Shown here: piece by piece, positions 24,593 through 36,419 of the stretch | Layout of the letters: each line of letters starts with the position of its first letter | Position numbering within the stretch: position 1 is the first letter of the stretch | Origin: Chiloscyllium plagiosum | Taxonomy: Eukaryota | Assembly: GCF_004010195.1 (NCBI RefSeq) | Contig: NC_057718.1 | Location: forward strand, 93,522,561-93,586,560 | DNA: 64,000 nt | Reading direction: 5' to 3' | Position numbers and translations under genes: made by a program | Notes under the pieces: model-generated | Seen by the model: only the letters and a program-made list of their open reading frames with translations | What the model was told of the DNA's origin: nothing | Database searches by the model: none

Positions 24593-25858
24593 ATTAACCT
24601 TGAGAACAGTTTGGCTGCATTGCTGTAAAATTACTGGTGCATTCACCACTAGTCTTACTCAGATCTTTCTGTATTTCTGTTCTTCTGTTTTATAATAAAC
24701 CGCGACCCCCTTTGATTAATGTGTATTTCCGATTGCCTTTTCTGATGCAGTAAGGGCCACAGAATGCTTTCGTAAACCTTAATCTTAATGAGTGACCTTC
24801 ACCCTGTATGCAGGACATGCAAATGCTCAGAGGAAATTGGAGCTGATTTTAATCCTGTCCCAAGCCAGGGGACAATGACTCATGAGCAAAGGAACTTTTG
24901 TATTTCTCTCAAAACCAACTGACATGGCCTTTAGCTTCCACCCCACTAATTCCCGCCACCCCACTGCTCCCCCATCACCCCACACCCACACACAAACGCA
25001 CACATGCATACACTCACACTCTCTCACACACACACACAAACACACACATGGTCTCACATTCACACACACACAGTCATTTGCAATGAGTTCTTCCCACACA
25101 GGGCCAATTTTAATTACAAAGCTAGGTTGATCTGGCCTAACTTTATAAAGTGTCCCATCCATCATGGATGATTGCTTTGCACACTCCCATTACTAAAGGG
25201 AGTTTCCACCATGTTCATATTTTGACATACATCCCCAACTGGCAAACTCATCATCCATCAATACTGAGTAATTTTGCCAGGGCCCCCAGTGTAGTCCCTA
25301 TCCATTATCTTGTCTATATTGGCTGCTTTCTCTTTTTATTTATTACTCTGCACTGGCTGAATCTACTTACCTTGTCTGTGAAGTTTCCATCTTTTATTTC
25401 AAAGATATTACATTTATTGCTGATCCATAAGTTTAGTGCCTCCTTACTGCTGCATCTTTCAGCAGGACTTTTAATCCCAGGCTGGTAGAACATTAACCTC
25501 CCAGTGTAATTTTAAGATAGCTAGTGCATTTTCTTTCAGCTCCTGTCTCGTAATGCCAATTGTCATTTCAATTCCCGCAAGGGGAAACATCCACTCTCTG
25601 TCTACTTTGTCTACTCCCTTCAGAATCTTATCCAACTCAATCAGTTTTGAGAGAAATACAAAAGTTAAGTCTTGTAACCCAGTGGTAGTATCCCCACCCC
25701 TGAACTGGGATGCCTTGGTTCAAGGCTCACCTGCTTCAGAGGTGTGTAATAACATTGCTCTTAACACGGTGATTAGAAAAATAGGTTAAGCTTTGTAAAT
25801 GGAAAGCAATAATGTCCGAATTGAGCAAACTGTAAATCCACTATATTCCCAAAATCAA

Positions 25859-25948
25859 AGTTAAAAATCACCTGTCGGACTATAACCTGGTGTTGTGTGA
25901 TTTTTAACTTTGTCCATCCCAGTTCAACACCGGCATCTCCCCATCATC
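25859..25948. mobile_element. Tiny inverted PLE terminal fragment
   Basis: TSD attcccaaaatcaa on both sides; aaagttaaaaatcac / gtgatttttaacttt arms. Confidence 0.7.
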
Positions 25949-26200
25949 ATTCCCAAAATCAATTTGTGTTTGTGTTCATTTCTGAGTGGGCCTGCTAACG
26001 ATAAAGGTATTTCAATTGACAATACATCTGTGGTTTGTTCCAACTATCTTATAGGGAATCACCATGCACTGAATTTTGTCATCCCCAAACTTGGAGGTCC
26101 ACATGGAAGAAAAAAACTTAGAGGGATTCCATGTCAAAAAGTATAAACTTGAGTGAGTCTCCGATTCAAAAGTTTATAACCAGGCTAAAATTGCTTGCTA

Positions 26201-26421
26201 GGAGAAGGTGAGGACTGCAGATGCTGGAGATCAGAGTCAAAATGTGTGGTGTTGGAAAAGCATAGCAGGTCAGGCAGCATCTGAGGAGCAGGAGAGTTGA
26301 CATTTCAAGCATAAGATCTTCAGGAAGGGCTGATGAAGGACTAACGTTCGAAATGTCAACTCTCCTGCTCTTCAGATGCTGCCTGGCCTGCTGTGCTTTT
26401 CTAGCATCACCCTTTTTGACG
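26201..26421. mobile_element. Inverted PLE pLTR pair
   Basis: 14-bp TSD aaaattgcttgcta at 26187-26200 and 26422-26435. Confidence 0.8.
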
Positions 26422-26543
26422 AAAATTGCTTGCTACTCATTCAATTCCCTCTGCTTGATCTGTATCACCCTCTACTCCTTTCAAATATTCCATGCCACAC
26501 ATAATTTCAGGAACTTATCACTTGTATTGAGCCAATTGATTGC

Positions 26544-26741
26544 ATAAAGGCGGTTTACAAACATCTGACTTACGAACGCTCATAAATATGAAAGTGATCC
26601 CCATACAAGGGTGTAATTTTAATGACCCAACATATGAACATTTGCAATGCTTATGAATGGTCACTTTACATTATCCTGCCTTCTGTTCTCAGTTGCATAG
26701 AAATTGACTTCTGAACCTATTCACGACCTGGGACTGCCTGT
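26544..26741. mobile_element. Tigger-like MITE, degraded
   Basis: Ends ggactgcctg-ta; internal gacttacgaac repeats. Confidence 0.5.
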
Positions 26742-27144
26742 AATTATATTTGAGCCACATATAAAGGATTTGCTGATCGTTCTCAGGCATTCTTCCATTC
26801 CAGTCTTTTGGTTCCTGCAGTCTGTTCTAATGAACAAGTATATCTCTGTCTTTGCTCCTAGTTATGATTCTTCTTAGGTTTAGATATTCATGGCCAGTAT
26901 CACATTGCTACTGCCTCCTTCATTCTGTCTGATCCTGGGGAATGACCCATTTGAACCATGAAGACTGTTGCTCCAAATACATGCATTTTTTTCTCTGAAA
27001 ATCTAAATCCAGGCAAGACAAGGGACTGAATTTTCCCATTTTATTTTGGCAGAATGTTACTACGTTTAAGATTCAAGATGTCCAGATTCTGGATCAGTGG
27101 TGCTGGAAGAGCACAGCAATTCAGGCAGCATCCGACGAGCAGCA

Positions 27145-27182
27145 AAATCGACGTTTCGGGCAAAAGCCCTTCATCAGGAATA
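27145..27182 (-). ncRNA. Minimal type-I hammerhead ribozyme motif
   Basis: Minus strand: attc-CTGATGA-A-GGGC-TTTT-GCCC-GAAA-CGTC-gatt; intact core with palindromic ACGT stem III. Confidence 0.72.
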
Positions 27183-27265
27183 AAGGCAGAGAGCCTGAAG
27201 GGTGGAGAGATAAGCTAGAGGAGGGTGGGGGTGGGGAGAAAGTAGCATAGAGTACAATAGGTGAG

Positions 27266-27473
27266 NNNNNNNNNNNNNNNNNNNNNNNNNNNNNNNNNNN
27301 NNNNNNNNNNNNNNNNNNNNNNNNNNNNNNNNNNNNNNNNNNNNNNNNNNNNNNNNNNNNNNNNNNNNNNNNNNNNNNNNNNNNNNNNNNNNNNNNNNNN
27401 NNNNNNNNNNNNNNNNNNNNNNNNNNNNNNNNNNNNNNNNNNNNNNNNNNNNNNNNNNNNNNNNNNNNNNNNN
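27266..27473. other. Assembly gap (208 N)
   Basis: Run of N inside the PLE. Confidence 1.
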
Positions 27474-28436
27474 GTCCGCATCGGGAGCAACGGATACAAT
27501 AGATGATATTAGTGGATGTGCAGGTAAAATTTTGATGGATGTGGAAGGCTCCTTTAGTGCCTTGGATAGAGGTGAGGGAGGAGGTGTGGGCGCAGGTTTT
27601 ACAGTTCCTGCGGTGGCAGGGGAAAGTGCCAGGATGGGAGGGTGGGTCGTAGGGGGGCGTGGACCTGACCAGGTAGTCACGGATGGAACGGTCTTTGCGG
27701 AAGGCGGAGAGTGGTGGGGAGGGAAATATATCCCTGGTGGTGGGGTCTGTTTGGAGGTGGCGGAAATGTTGGCGGATGATTTGGTTTATGCGAAGGTTGG
27801 TAGGGTGGAAGGTGAGCACCAGGGGTGTTCTGTCCTTGTTGCGGTTGGAGGGGTTGGGTCTGAGGGCGGAGGTGCGGGATGTGGACGTGATGCGTTGGAG
27901 GGCATCTTTAACCACGTGGGAAGGGAAATTGCGGTCTCTAAAGAAGGAGGCCATCTGGTGTTTTCTGTGTGGAACTGGTCCTCCTGGGAGCAGATATGGC
28001 GGAGGTGGAGGAATTGGGAATATGGGATGGCATTTTTGCAAGAGGTAGGGTGGGAAGAGGTGTCATCCAGGTAGCTGTGGGAGTCGGTGGGTTTGTAGAA
28101 AATGTCAGTGTCAAGTCGGTCGTCACTGATGGAGATGGAGAGGTCCAGGAGGGGGAGGGAGGTGTCAGAGATGGTCCAGTTAAATTTAAGGTCAGGGTGG
28201 AATGTGTTGGTGAAGTTGATGAATTGCTCAACCTTCAAGATGTCCAGTCCACCATGGTTTATATTGACTTCATTCTCACAATTTTCCACACTCAAGTGTC
28301 GTAGCCTCCCTACAGCATGGAAAGAGGCCATTCAGCCCATTGAGTCTGCAGCCGAAGAACATCCCACCCTAAAACCTCACATCCTAACTCGGATCACTTG
28401 AAGCATGGCATTCTACTAGAAGCAAGCACTTCCAGC

Positions 28437-28775
28437 CACCGGGCAGCAATGGTTAGCCCTGTAGCCTCACACCACCAGGGATCCGGGTTCGATTCCAGGC
28501 TCAGGCGACTGTCTGTGTGGAGTTTGCACATTTTCCCCATGACTGCGTGGGTTTCCTTTGGGTGCTCCAGCTTCCTCCCACAGTCCAAAGATGTGCAGGT
28601 TAGGTGAATTGGCCAGGCTAAATTGACCAAAGTGTTCAGGGATATATAGGTTAGGTGCATTGGTTAAGGGTAAATATCAGTTAGATGGAATGGGTTTAGG
28701 TGGGTTACTCTTCGGAGGACCAGTGTGGACTTGTTGGGCCCAAGGGCCTATTTCCGTACTGTAGGGATTCTATCA
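28437..28775 (+). mobile_element. HE1/V-SINE
   Basis: V-domain and CR1-type tail. Confidence 0.88.
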
Positions 28776-29023
28776 TGTTGTAACATATTAGTTTCGGATT
28801 AACCCAGATACTTCCCTGTCTCAGTAATGTAATGTGAGTCTATTATAACTAGTCGTAAGGAAAATGTTGGATTCCTTTACCATAAAAGGTAAAAACTGTT
28901 GAGTCAGTTGAAATTATGGGAAGGTGCTTGGTGTACACTGGTCCAATTTCCCTGACTGGGTCTAAGGGCCTATATGATCCTCAGCGGTGGAGGGTTAACT
29001 ACCAGTGAGTCTTAACAAAAGTG

Positions 29024-29335
29024 GGTGGCACGGTGGCACAGTGGTTAGCACTGCTGCCTCACAGCGCCTGAGACCTGGGTTCAATTCCTGCCTCAGGCGA
29101 CTGACTGTGTGGAGTTTGCACGTTCTCCCCATGTCTGCGTGGGTTTCCTCCGGGTGCTCCGGTTTCCTCCCACAGTCCAAAGATGTGCAGGGTCAGGTGA
29201 ATTGGCCATACTAAATTGCCTGTAGTGTTAGGTAAGGGGTAAATGTAGGGGTATGGGTGGGTTTCGCTTCGGCGGGTCGGTGTGGACTTGTTGGGCCGAA
29301 GGGCCTGTTTCCACACTGTAATATAATCTAATCTA
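29024..29335 (+). mobile_element. HE1/V-SINE, young
   Basis: ggtggcacggtggcacagtggttagc...gggccgaagggcctgtttccacactgta; (atcta)n tail. Confidence 0.92.
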
Positions 29336-29782
29336 AAAAAAAAAGACACTCTTGTCTTTAAATGGTGTAGTTGGTTACACGTCGGCAAGGGGATGCGAGT
29401 TACATTAGCTGGTTAATTATCACTGAAAACATTGAGGCTTATATCATAGAGTAGAGGCCCATTGAGTCTGTATCGCCAAAAAAAAACATATCTGTTATCA
29501 GTTAATGAATTGGGAATATAAATGGTTGCATCAGCTTAGTTGGCGATGACTATGGTTATCACTTACCATCAAAACCCATCAAGTCCACTTACCATGCTTT
29601 CGGAAAGGCAATCTGCTGTTCTTTCCTAGTCTGGCATCCTTTTGACTTCAGAGTCACGTTAATGCCATTGCCTCTTTGAGATGACCTAGCAAGATAATCC
29701 ATTCAAGGAAAATTAGGGATAGGCAGGAGATGCTGCCCCCCTCCCTACCACGCCCTGTGATGCCTGCATACCATTAAAAAAA

Positions 29783-29986
29783 AAGCTGAAAATGTGTTGC
29801 TGGAAAAGCGCAGCAGGTCAGGCAGCATCCAGGGAACAGGAGAATCGACGTTTCGGGCATAAGCCCTTCTTCAGCTTATGCCCGAAACGTCGATTTTCCT
29901 GTTCCCTGGATGCTGCCTGACCTGCTGCGCTTTTCCAGCAACACATTTTCAGCTCTGATCTCCAGCATCTGTAGACCTCACTTTCT
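29783..29986. mobile_element. Near-perfect inverted PLE pLTR hairpin
   Basis: ~80-bp arms (29784-29863 / 29875-29954) with one mismatch; TSD ccattaaaaaaa at 29771-29782 and 29987-29998. Confidence 0.9.
29843..29874 (-). ncRNA. Hammerhead ribozyme core motif
   Basis: Minus strand CTGAAGA-A-GGGC-TTAT-GCCC-GAAA-CGTC-gatt; the 5' strand of stem I is lost at the inversion junction. Confidence 0.55.
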
Positions 29987-31040
29987 CCATTAAAAAAATG
30001 AGCTTGATCATATTTAGTTCCATTAGCCTTTCAATGTGTATGGATCCAAGGCAGGCAAATGGAGTTGACGGAGAGATTTCCAATGCTCTGATCACACAAC
30101 AGATGGCTCAATATGTTGAATGGCTTACCCCTGTTCCTTTGAATGTTACACCATATGGATATTTGGATGACGTACTGGGGAAGTTTGAGACATATGAAGC
30201 CAACATGATCATTAGGAGACAAACAGAGAAAGTCAGTCAAACATTCATATCCACTGACCAATGTTTTGTCAATGGAACTACACTATTCCCTCTGTTTATT
30301 TTTCCACTACCTTGTAAAAATCACTGCTTTCCAGGCAAACATATAACGGTTGGCCTGTAATATTATCTGACTGTGAGTGTGGAACATCTGTGTAATCTGA
30401 GAGTTCCCATTTACTCAAAGATTGTGGATCACGAAGAATTAAATTGCTGTGCAATGTAAGAGATTAATTCCTTTTCTTTCATCAGGATTTGGTGAAATTT
30501 GTCACTTGTTTTCATGTGCAGTGTCACAGCTTGAGACTGGGATTGGGGGCTAACTCAAGAAACTTATGCCAGCTTGCTGAGAGAGCCTTATTTTTGTTGT
30601 GCTCTTATTTATTCATCTTCATTTAAAACCTGATTATGGATCCTGCTTCTATTGCTGTTCCAAGTAGGAGTTCCAGACTATTCTGTGACATTAGCATTTA
30701 TTCAACGTTTCTCTCATTCTTTTCACAATAATCATAAATGTATTCCCTTTGTATTATTTCACAGCCTGGTACGTGCAATACTTCCTTATTTACTGAATGA
30801 AAGGTCGTAATAATTTTAACACATCTGTTAGGCTTCTTCTCTATCCATACCTTGTGAAACACATAAAAACCAAAACAAAAAGAACTGCAGATGCTGTAAA
30901 TCAGAAACAAAAACAGAAATTGCTGGAAAAGCTCAGCAGGTCTGGCTGCATCCATGGGGAGGAATCAGAGTTACCATTTCGTGTGGAGTGACCCCTCCTC
31001 AATTTCTCTTTTCCGTGTCTTGCGAAACACAGCCCAGGTC

Positions 31041-31357
31041 TTAGATTAGATTAGATTCCCTACAGTGTGGAAACAGGCCCTTCGGCCCAACCAGTCCACA
31101 CTGACCCTCCGAAGAATAACCCACCCAGACCAATTTCCCTCTGACTAATGCACCTAACACTATGGACAATTTAGCACGGCCAATTCACCTAACCCGTACA
31201 TCTTTGGACTTTGGGAGGAAATCAGAGCATCTGGAAGAAACCCACGCAGACACAGGGAGAATATGCAAACTCCACACAGACAGTTGCCCGAGGCTGCAAT
31301 CGAACCTGGGACTCTGATGTTGTGAGGCAGCAGTGCTAACCACTGAGCCACCGTGCT
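31041..31357 (-). mobile_element. HE1/V-SINE
   Basis: Full head, V-domain and (attag)n tail. Confidence 0.9.
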
Positions 31358-31689
31358 GTTCTCTCAACTTCCTCCTTAACTAAACCAGGTAACATCGCTT
31401 TGTGTATGAGGGTGCAAAATTTGGATTAATTTTACAGCGCCAGTCAGGAACAATAGTTTGAATCATAGAATCATAGAATCCTACAGTGTGGAAACAGGCC
31501 CTTCAGCCCAACAAGTCCACACTGACCCACCGAAGAGTAACCCAACCAGGCCCATTCTCGTCCCCATTATCTTATATTTAATGCACCTAACCTGCACAAC
31601 AGTGTACACAGACAGTGGCACAGGATGACCAGATTTAGCATTGGTAGATACAAACAATGGATAGGATAACCTGATTAAGAAATCATGGG

Positions 31690-32490
31690 CCAATGGGCTG
31701 AGAAGTGGCAGATGGTGTTTAATTTCAGATAAATGTGAGGTGCTACATTTTGGAAAGGCAAATCAGAGCAGGACTTAAACACTTAATGGTAAGGTCCTGG
31801 GGAGTGTTGCTGAACAAAGAGACCTTAGAATGCAGGTTCATAGTTCCTTGAAAGTGGAGTTGCAGGTAGATAGGATAGTGAAGAAGGCGTTTGGGGTGCT
31901 TTCCTTTATTGGTCAGGGCATCAAGTATAAGAATTGGGAGGTCATGTTGTGGCTGTATAGGACATTGGAATATTGCGTGTAATTCTGATCTCCCTCCTAT
32001 TGGAACGATGTTGTGAAACTTGAAAGTGTTCAGAAAAGATTTGCCAGGGTGTTGTCAGGGTTGGAGGATTTGAGCTACACGGAGAGGCTCAATAGGCTGG
32101 GGCTGTTTTCCCTGAAGCATCAGAGGCTGAAGGGTGACCTTATATAGATTTATAAAATCATGAGGGGCATAGATAGGATAAATAGACAAGGTCTTTTCCC
32201 TGGGTTGGGGAGTCAAGAACTAGAGGGCATAGATCTAGGGTGAGAGGGGAAAGGGATCTAAGGGGCAACCTTTTCACGCAGAGGATAGTGTGTGTATGGA
32301 ATGAACTGCCAGACACAGTGATGGTATAATTACAACATTTAAAAGCATCTGGATGGGTACATGAATAGGAAGGGTTCAGAGGGATATGGGCCAAGAGCTG
32401 GCAAATGGGAACAGATTAAGTTTGGATATCTACGGCAAGGGTGAGTAGGATCGAAGGGTCTGTTTCCATGCTGTCCATCTCTCTGGCTCT
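31690..32490 (+). mobile_element. CR1 (HER1-like) LINE 3' portion, degraded
   Basis: tgggctgagaagtggcagatgg, gaccttagaatgcaggttcatagttccttgaaagtgg, and 3' UTR gaagggtctgtttccatgctgt. Confidence 0.85.
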
Positions 32491-32499
32491 AAATGGAGA

Positions 32500-33588
32500 A
32501 GGTCATTGTCTAATAGCCCCAAATGACATCAAACTTAGTGATCTCTGACTAAGCCCCACTCTCTGTAAATGGATCCTCAGCTTCCTGACCCACAGGCCAC
32601 AATCAGTGAGATTGGGGTCAATATTTCATCCTCACTAACACTCAACACTCGAGCCCCCCCAAAGGTGCATACTCAGTCCCCTACTGTACCCGCTGTATAC
32701 CCATGTCTGTGTCACCAAATACCAGACTAATGCCATTTACGAGTTCACTGATGACACCACCATAGTCAGTTGAATCTCAGATGGAGATGGAACAGACTAC
32801 AGAACGGAAAGTGGAAGATCTGGAAAAATGGTGCATTGAGAACAACCTTGCTCTTAAAGCCAGCAAAACCAAGGAACTCATTATTGACTTTCAGCAGGAT
32901 GTTACTCATGCCCTCCTACATATTAACAGCACAGAGGTAGAACAAGTGGAGAGTGTCAAGCTCCCGGGATTGGTCATCCACAACAAGCTTTCTTGGACTC
33001 TTCATGTGGATGCACTGGTTACAAAGCCCAACAATGTCTCTTCTTCTTCAGGCAGCTGAGGAAATTTGGCATGACGGTGAATACTTTTATAGGTGTGCCA
33101 CTGAGAACATTCCGTCTGAATGTATCACTACCTGGTATGGCAACTGTACCTTTCAAGATCGGCGATGGTTACAGAGAGTGGTGAACTCGGCCCGGACAAT
33201 CACAAAGGCCAACCTGCCATCTATAAAATCCATCTACTAGTCCCACTGTCAAGGAAAGGCTGCCAGCATTCTCAAAGATCCATCCCACCCTGGAATGTTT
33301 TTCTACAACCTCTACCATTGGGCAGAAGTTACAGAAGCCTGAACACACGGACCAGCTGGTTTCGAAACAGTTTCTACCCTACTGTTGGTGGAATACTGAA
33401 TGGACTCACAAACTCTTAACATTCATCTGTACCTGCATTTTTGTTTTTGCCACTGTTTACCTATTATTTACTATCATGCTACTTAACTCTGTGATCTGCC
33501 TGTATTGCTTGCAAGACAAAGCTTTTCACTGTGTCTCGGTACATGTGACAGTAAATTCAATTCAATTCAATTCAATTCAATTCAATTC
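32500..33588 (+). mobile_element. Rex1/Babar-clade LINE, 5'-truncated
   Basis: LCKWILSFLTHRPQSVR, LSPLLYPLYTH, FTDDTTIV, WCIENNLALKASKTKELIIDF, ITTWYGNC, TSWFRNSFYP; (aattc)n tail at 33554-33588. Confidence 0.82.
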
Positions 33589-34429
33589 ACTGCAGGAATC
33601 ATTTCAGCAGAATACACACACATTTTCTTTTGTATACACACACTCTTTACTGTGTCTGGAAGAGTTCTCTGTAATGCAGGAACACAATTATCAACTCACT
33701 GGAGGCCATTGCACTGATGTCTTTGCCTACTTAAGACCATTAAGTTGCATTGAATGATGAAAATGTGCTCATTTGAACCTCATTTGCAAGTTCCTCTTAT
33801 AAATCACACACACCATGATGACTTGGATCTATAGCGCCATTCCTCTGGTCACTGGGTCCAAATATAAAGACGCATCCCAAAAAGAATTGGAACATTTCAA
33901 GTTGCTGACTCATCACCATCTTCTCAAGGGAAAATAAGACGTGAGCAATAAAGGCCTAGCCAGCAAAATTTAAAAATGTTGGCGCACCAATGGAATACAG
34001 CACAAAGTCAACCATTGCTGACATCAGCACTGCTACCCGAAGGGAAAGTGAAGGTATCAGGATTTCCTTTCTCTTTGACCAAGCTTTTTATAATTTTTCC
34101 TAAAGCCGTTCATGTGCATCGATGTCAATATTTTTCTGATAATGCCCTCGAAGCCCCTTGTAACAACTTGCCCCCATTAGAGGCACTGTATAAAGGCAAA
34201 CTGTTATGCATGAGGTAAGAGTTTTAGTGGCGATGGGGGTTGATCGTTTGAAATCAAAACGAGTTTATCTTTGACCTAAATGGTTTTGATGTGGAACATC
34301 AGTTTGTCTGTGAGTTTTAACTGACACAGGGAATACAGCATTCACAGCGCAGTCCATTTTCTCACTGCTTGCTTACTCATGTGCATTTTACAAGCTGGGT
34401 TCCGGTGGCTGTTCTGATTGGCCAGTTAG

Positions 34430-34650
34430 GAGAAAGTGAGGACTGCGGATGCTGGAGATCAGAGCTGAAAAATGTGTTGCTGGAAAAGCGCAGCAGGTCA
34501 GGCCGCATCCAAGGAGCAGGAGAATTGACATTTCGGGCATAAGCCCTTCTTCAGGAATCCTGAAGAAGGACTTATGCCCACAACGTCGATTCTCCTGCTC
34601 CTTGGATGCTGCCTGACCTGCTGCGCTTTTCCAGCAACACATTTTTCAGC
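34430..34650. mobile_element. Inverted PLE pLTR hairpin
   Basis: 17-bp TSD tctgattg(g/c)ccagttag at 34413-34429 and 34651-34667. Confidence 0.88.
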
Positions 34651-34845
34651 TCTGATTGCCCAGTTAGCTTTGTGAAAAATCCACAGCTTCTCTGAATGAT
34701 ACAGTAGCCAGCAAGACAGAGAACAGTAAGGAACACGTCCGCTTTCTTGGAATAAAAGACTGGCCTTGCATGATTAGATGAATTTGAGAATGTCTCCACA
34801 GTGCTTTTGACTGATTTTTTTTTAACAAAGCCTCTGTAAATATAG

Positions 34846-34966
34846 GTAAAAACAATGACTGCAGGTGTTGGAAACCAGATTCTGGTTTAGTGGTGCTGGA
34901 AAAGCACAGCAGTTCAGGCAGCATCTGAGGAGCAGTAAAATCGACGTTTCGGGCAAAAGCTCTTCA
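34846..34966 (-). mobile_element. Solo PLE pLTR ending inside the hammerhead core
   Basis: 13-bp TSD tctgtaaatatag at 34833-34845 and 34967-34979. Confidence 0.85.
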
Positions 34967-36419
34967 TCTGTAAATATAGTCAAGACTCTTTGTCATCCTG
35001 TCAACTGTTGCTGATGGTAGACATAGTCTGGGTATTAAATTAGGCTGTCTCCAGTAACAACCACATCTAAATGGTTATTATTTTGCAGTAGAAAGGGACT
35101 GTACAATCTGTTTACATTCCACTAATATGTTACTTGCAATGGACAAAGAAGATAGCTAGGACTCTTACTTTGTTTAACTTATTTGACTTAACAAAAAACA
35201 AATTGCTTTGGATGAATGTCATACTGAATTTTATTTGCAGATGTAACCCAGTAGCAAAGCTCTCTGGCAACCTAACTGTCCAAAATGATATTCCAGTGTA
35301 TTTGTGCACTGGAATGGGTCACCTTCTGACACAGTGGGTTGTTTTCCTAGCTGAATAGCTGGAAGTTTCAGTTTCAAACCCCTCTCCAAGACCTGCTGAA
35401 TTTCTCCAGCAATCTCTGTTTGGATTCCACTGGAGGACCTGATGGCCATGAAAGATGTGTTCATATTACATCCAACAGGCTGACCATCAACTGGTAAATC
35501 CTTGACTACCAACTGGTAAGTCCTTCTAATGGCAGGCAGTTACAGTGGGAGGGAATTCAGGTCAGCCGACTGCAGAAGGAACTGGCAAACTATTGCAGTA
35601 TTTTACCAACCACAATCCATTGATGAACATGGGGCATGTGGTACCTGAACAGAGAGAGAAGATCCAACATCTTACTTCAGAGAAATCAGGGAAGTGAAAG
35701 CTAACCCTGTTACTCTGTATCGAAGCAATATAAACCAGATGATCTGACCATAGATAGTTTAGCCCATTGTACTTGTGAGTCCTGTAAGAGTAGATGTTGG
35801 TTAGCTCATTTGGCTAGATGAAATTCAGAGTGAGAACCATGGATTCGATCCTTAAACCAGCTATAGTTGTTCATTGAGGTCCTGTCTCATTGCACCACAT
35901 AGTGATACCCTTCACTAATTGTGTCTCCAAATGGAGAGAAATGCATGTCCTCTTGTGTGAACAGTGGGTAATTATGAAGTTCTCTGACAATGAAACAAGT
36001 TTCACAGCTTTACTTTAGTAATGTCTTATATTTCAGATTGTGTTCCATGAGTTTTCCCCCTCCTTTACTAGCGTGATTCACACTTCAAATCTATGATCAA
36101 AGAGTTAACAATGGCATATTTTGTTCCCAAAAGAGAAAATGCTGGAAAATCTCAGCGGGACTGGCAGCATCTGTAAGGAGAGAAAAGAGCTGACATTTCG
36201 AGTCTAACTGACCCTTTGTCAAAGCTCAGCTCTTAGTTTGTTTTTGCAAGGTTGTACAGTGAGATGACTTTCCCACAATGATTGATGACTTGGCAACTTA
36301 TAAGCCATCTTGCTTGAAGGGTTTACCTTTCTCAATGAGAAACCAATATCAAAAGCTTGTCTTTTCTACAGATTTTGTTCCGTCCAGTGGTTTGATTTTC
36401 CCAAATTTCAACAAATGCA

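Larger units (their letters stand above)
27086..28233 (-). mobile_element. Young Penelope-like (Neptune-type) element: RT C-terminus, GIY-YIG, pLTR
   Basis: FINFTNTFHPDLKF, LDLSISI, DIFYKPTDSHSYL, AIPYSQFL, TCTSTNIIYCIRCSRCG; 14-bp TSD ttcaagatgtccag at 27072-27085 and 28234-28247. Confidence 0.92.
16385..28300 (-). mobile_element. Decayed Ty1/copia LTR retrotransposon internal region (gag-PR-IN-RT-RNaseH), GalEa-like, fragmented by nested insertions
   Basis: Minus-strand remnants in copia order: knuckle-like FICGS..YAINW (~26530-26770); PR region KFGDD, TDVLSIEIPL, FGNIVDLQFAQFGHYCFP (25795-26100); IN LKLH, KVLLKDA, SRFSQ, WIGT, ETPFSNG, KNSLQM, VYYK (24600-25520); linker ATIPGRA (23341-23580); RT ITEAKQRELDSWKEFG, GKLQREVFLK, YDLLELSTM (19380-21200); RNaseH LVIFNDAAHDSFPNGYS..GLIMLL...KCYPL (16385-16535). 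Confidence 0.78.

Noticed and set aside
27121..27680. Long ORFs spanning the X run
   Set aside because: Their length is an artefact of translating through the N gap.
29998..30360. 120-aa plus-strand ORF as a CDS
   Set aside because: No recognisable domain, weak splice signals, and its ATG abuts a PLE TSD; an alternative minus-strand exon reading exists.
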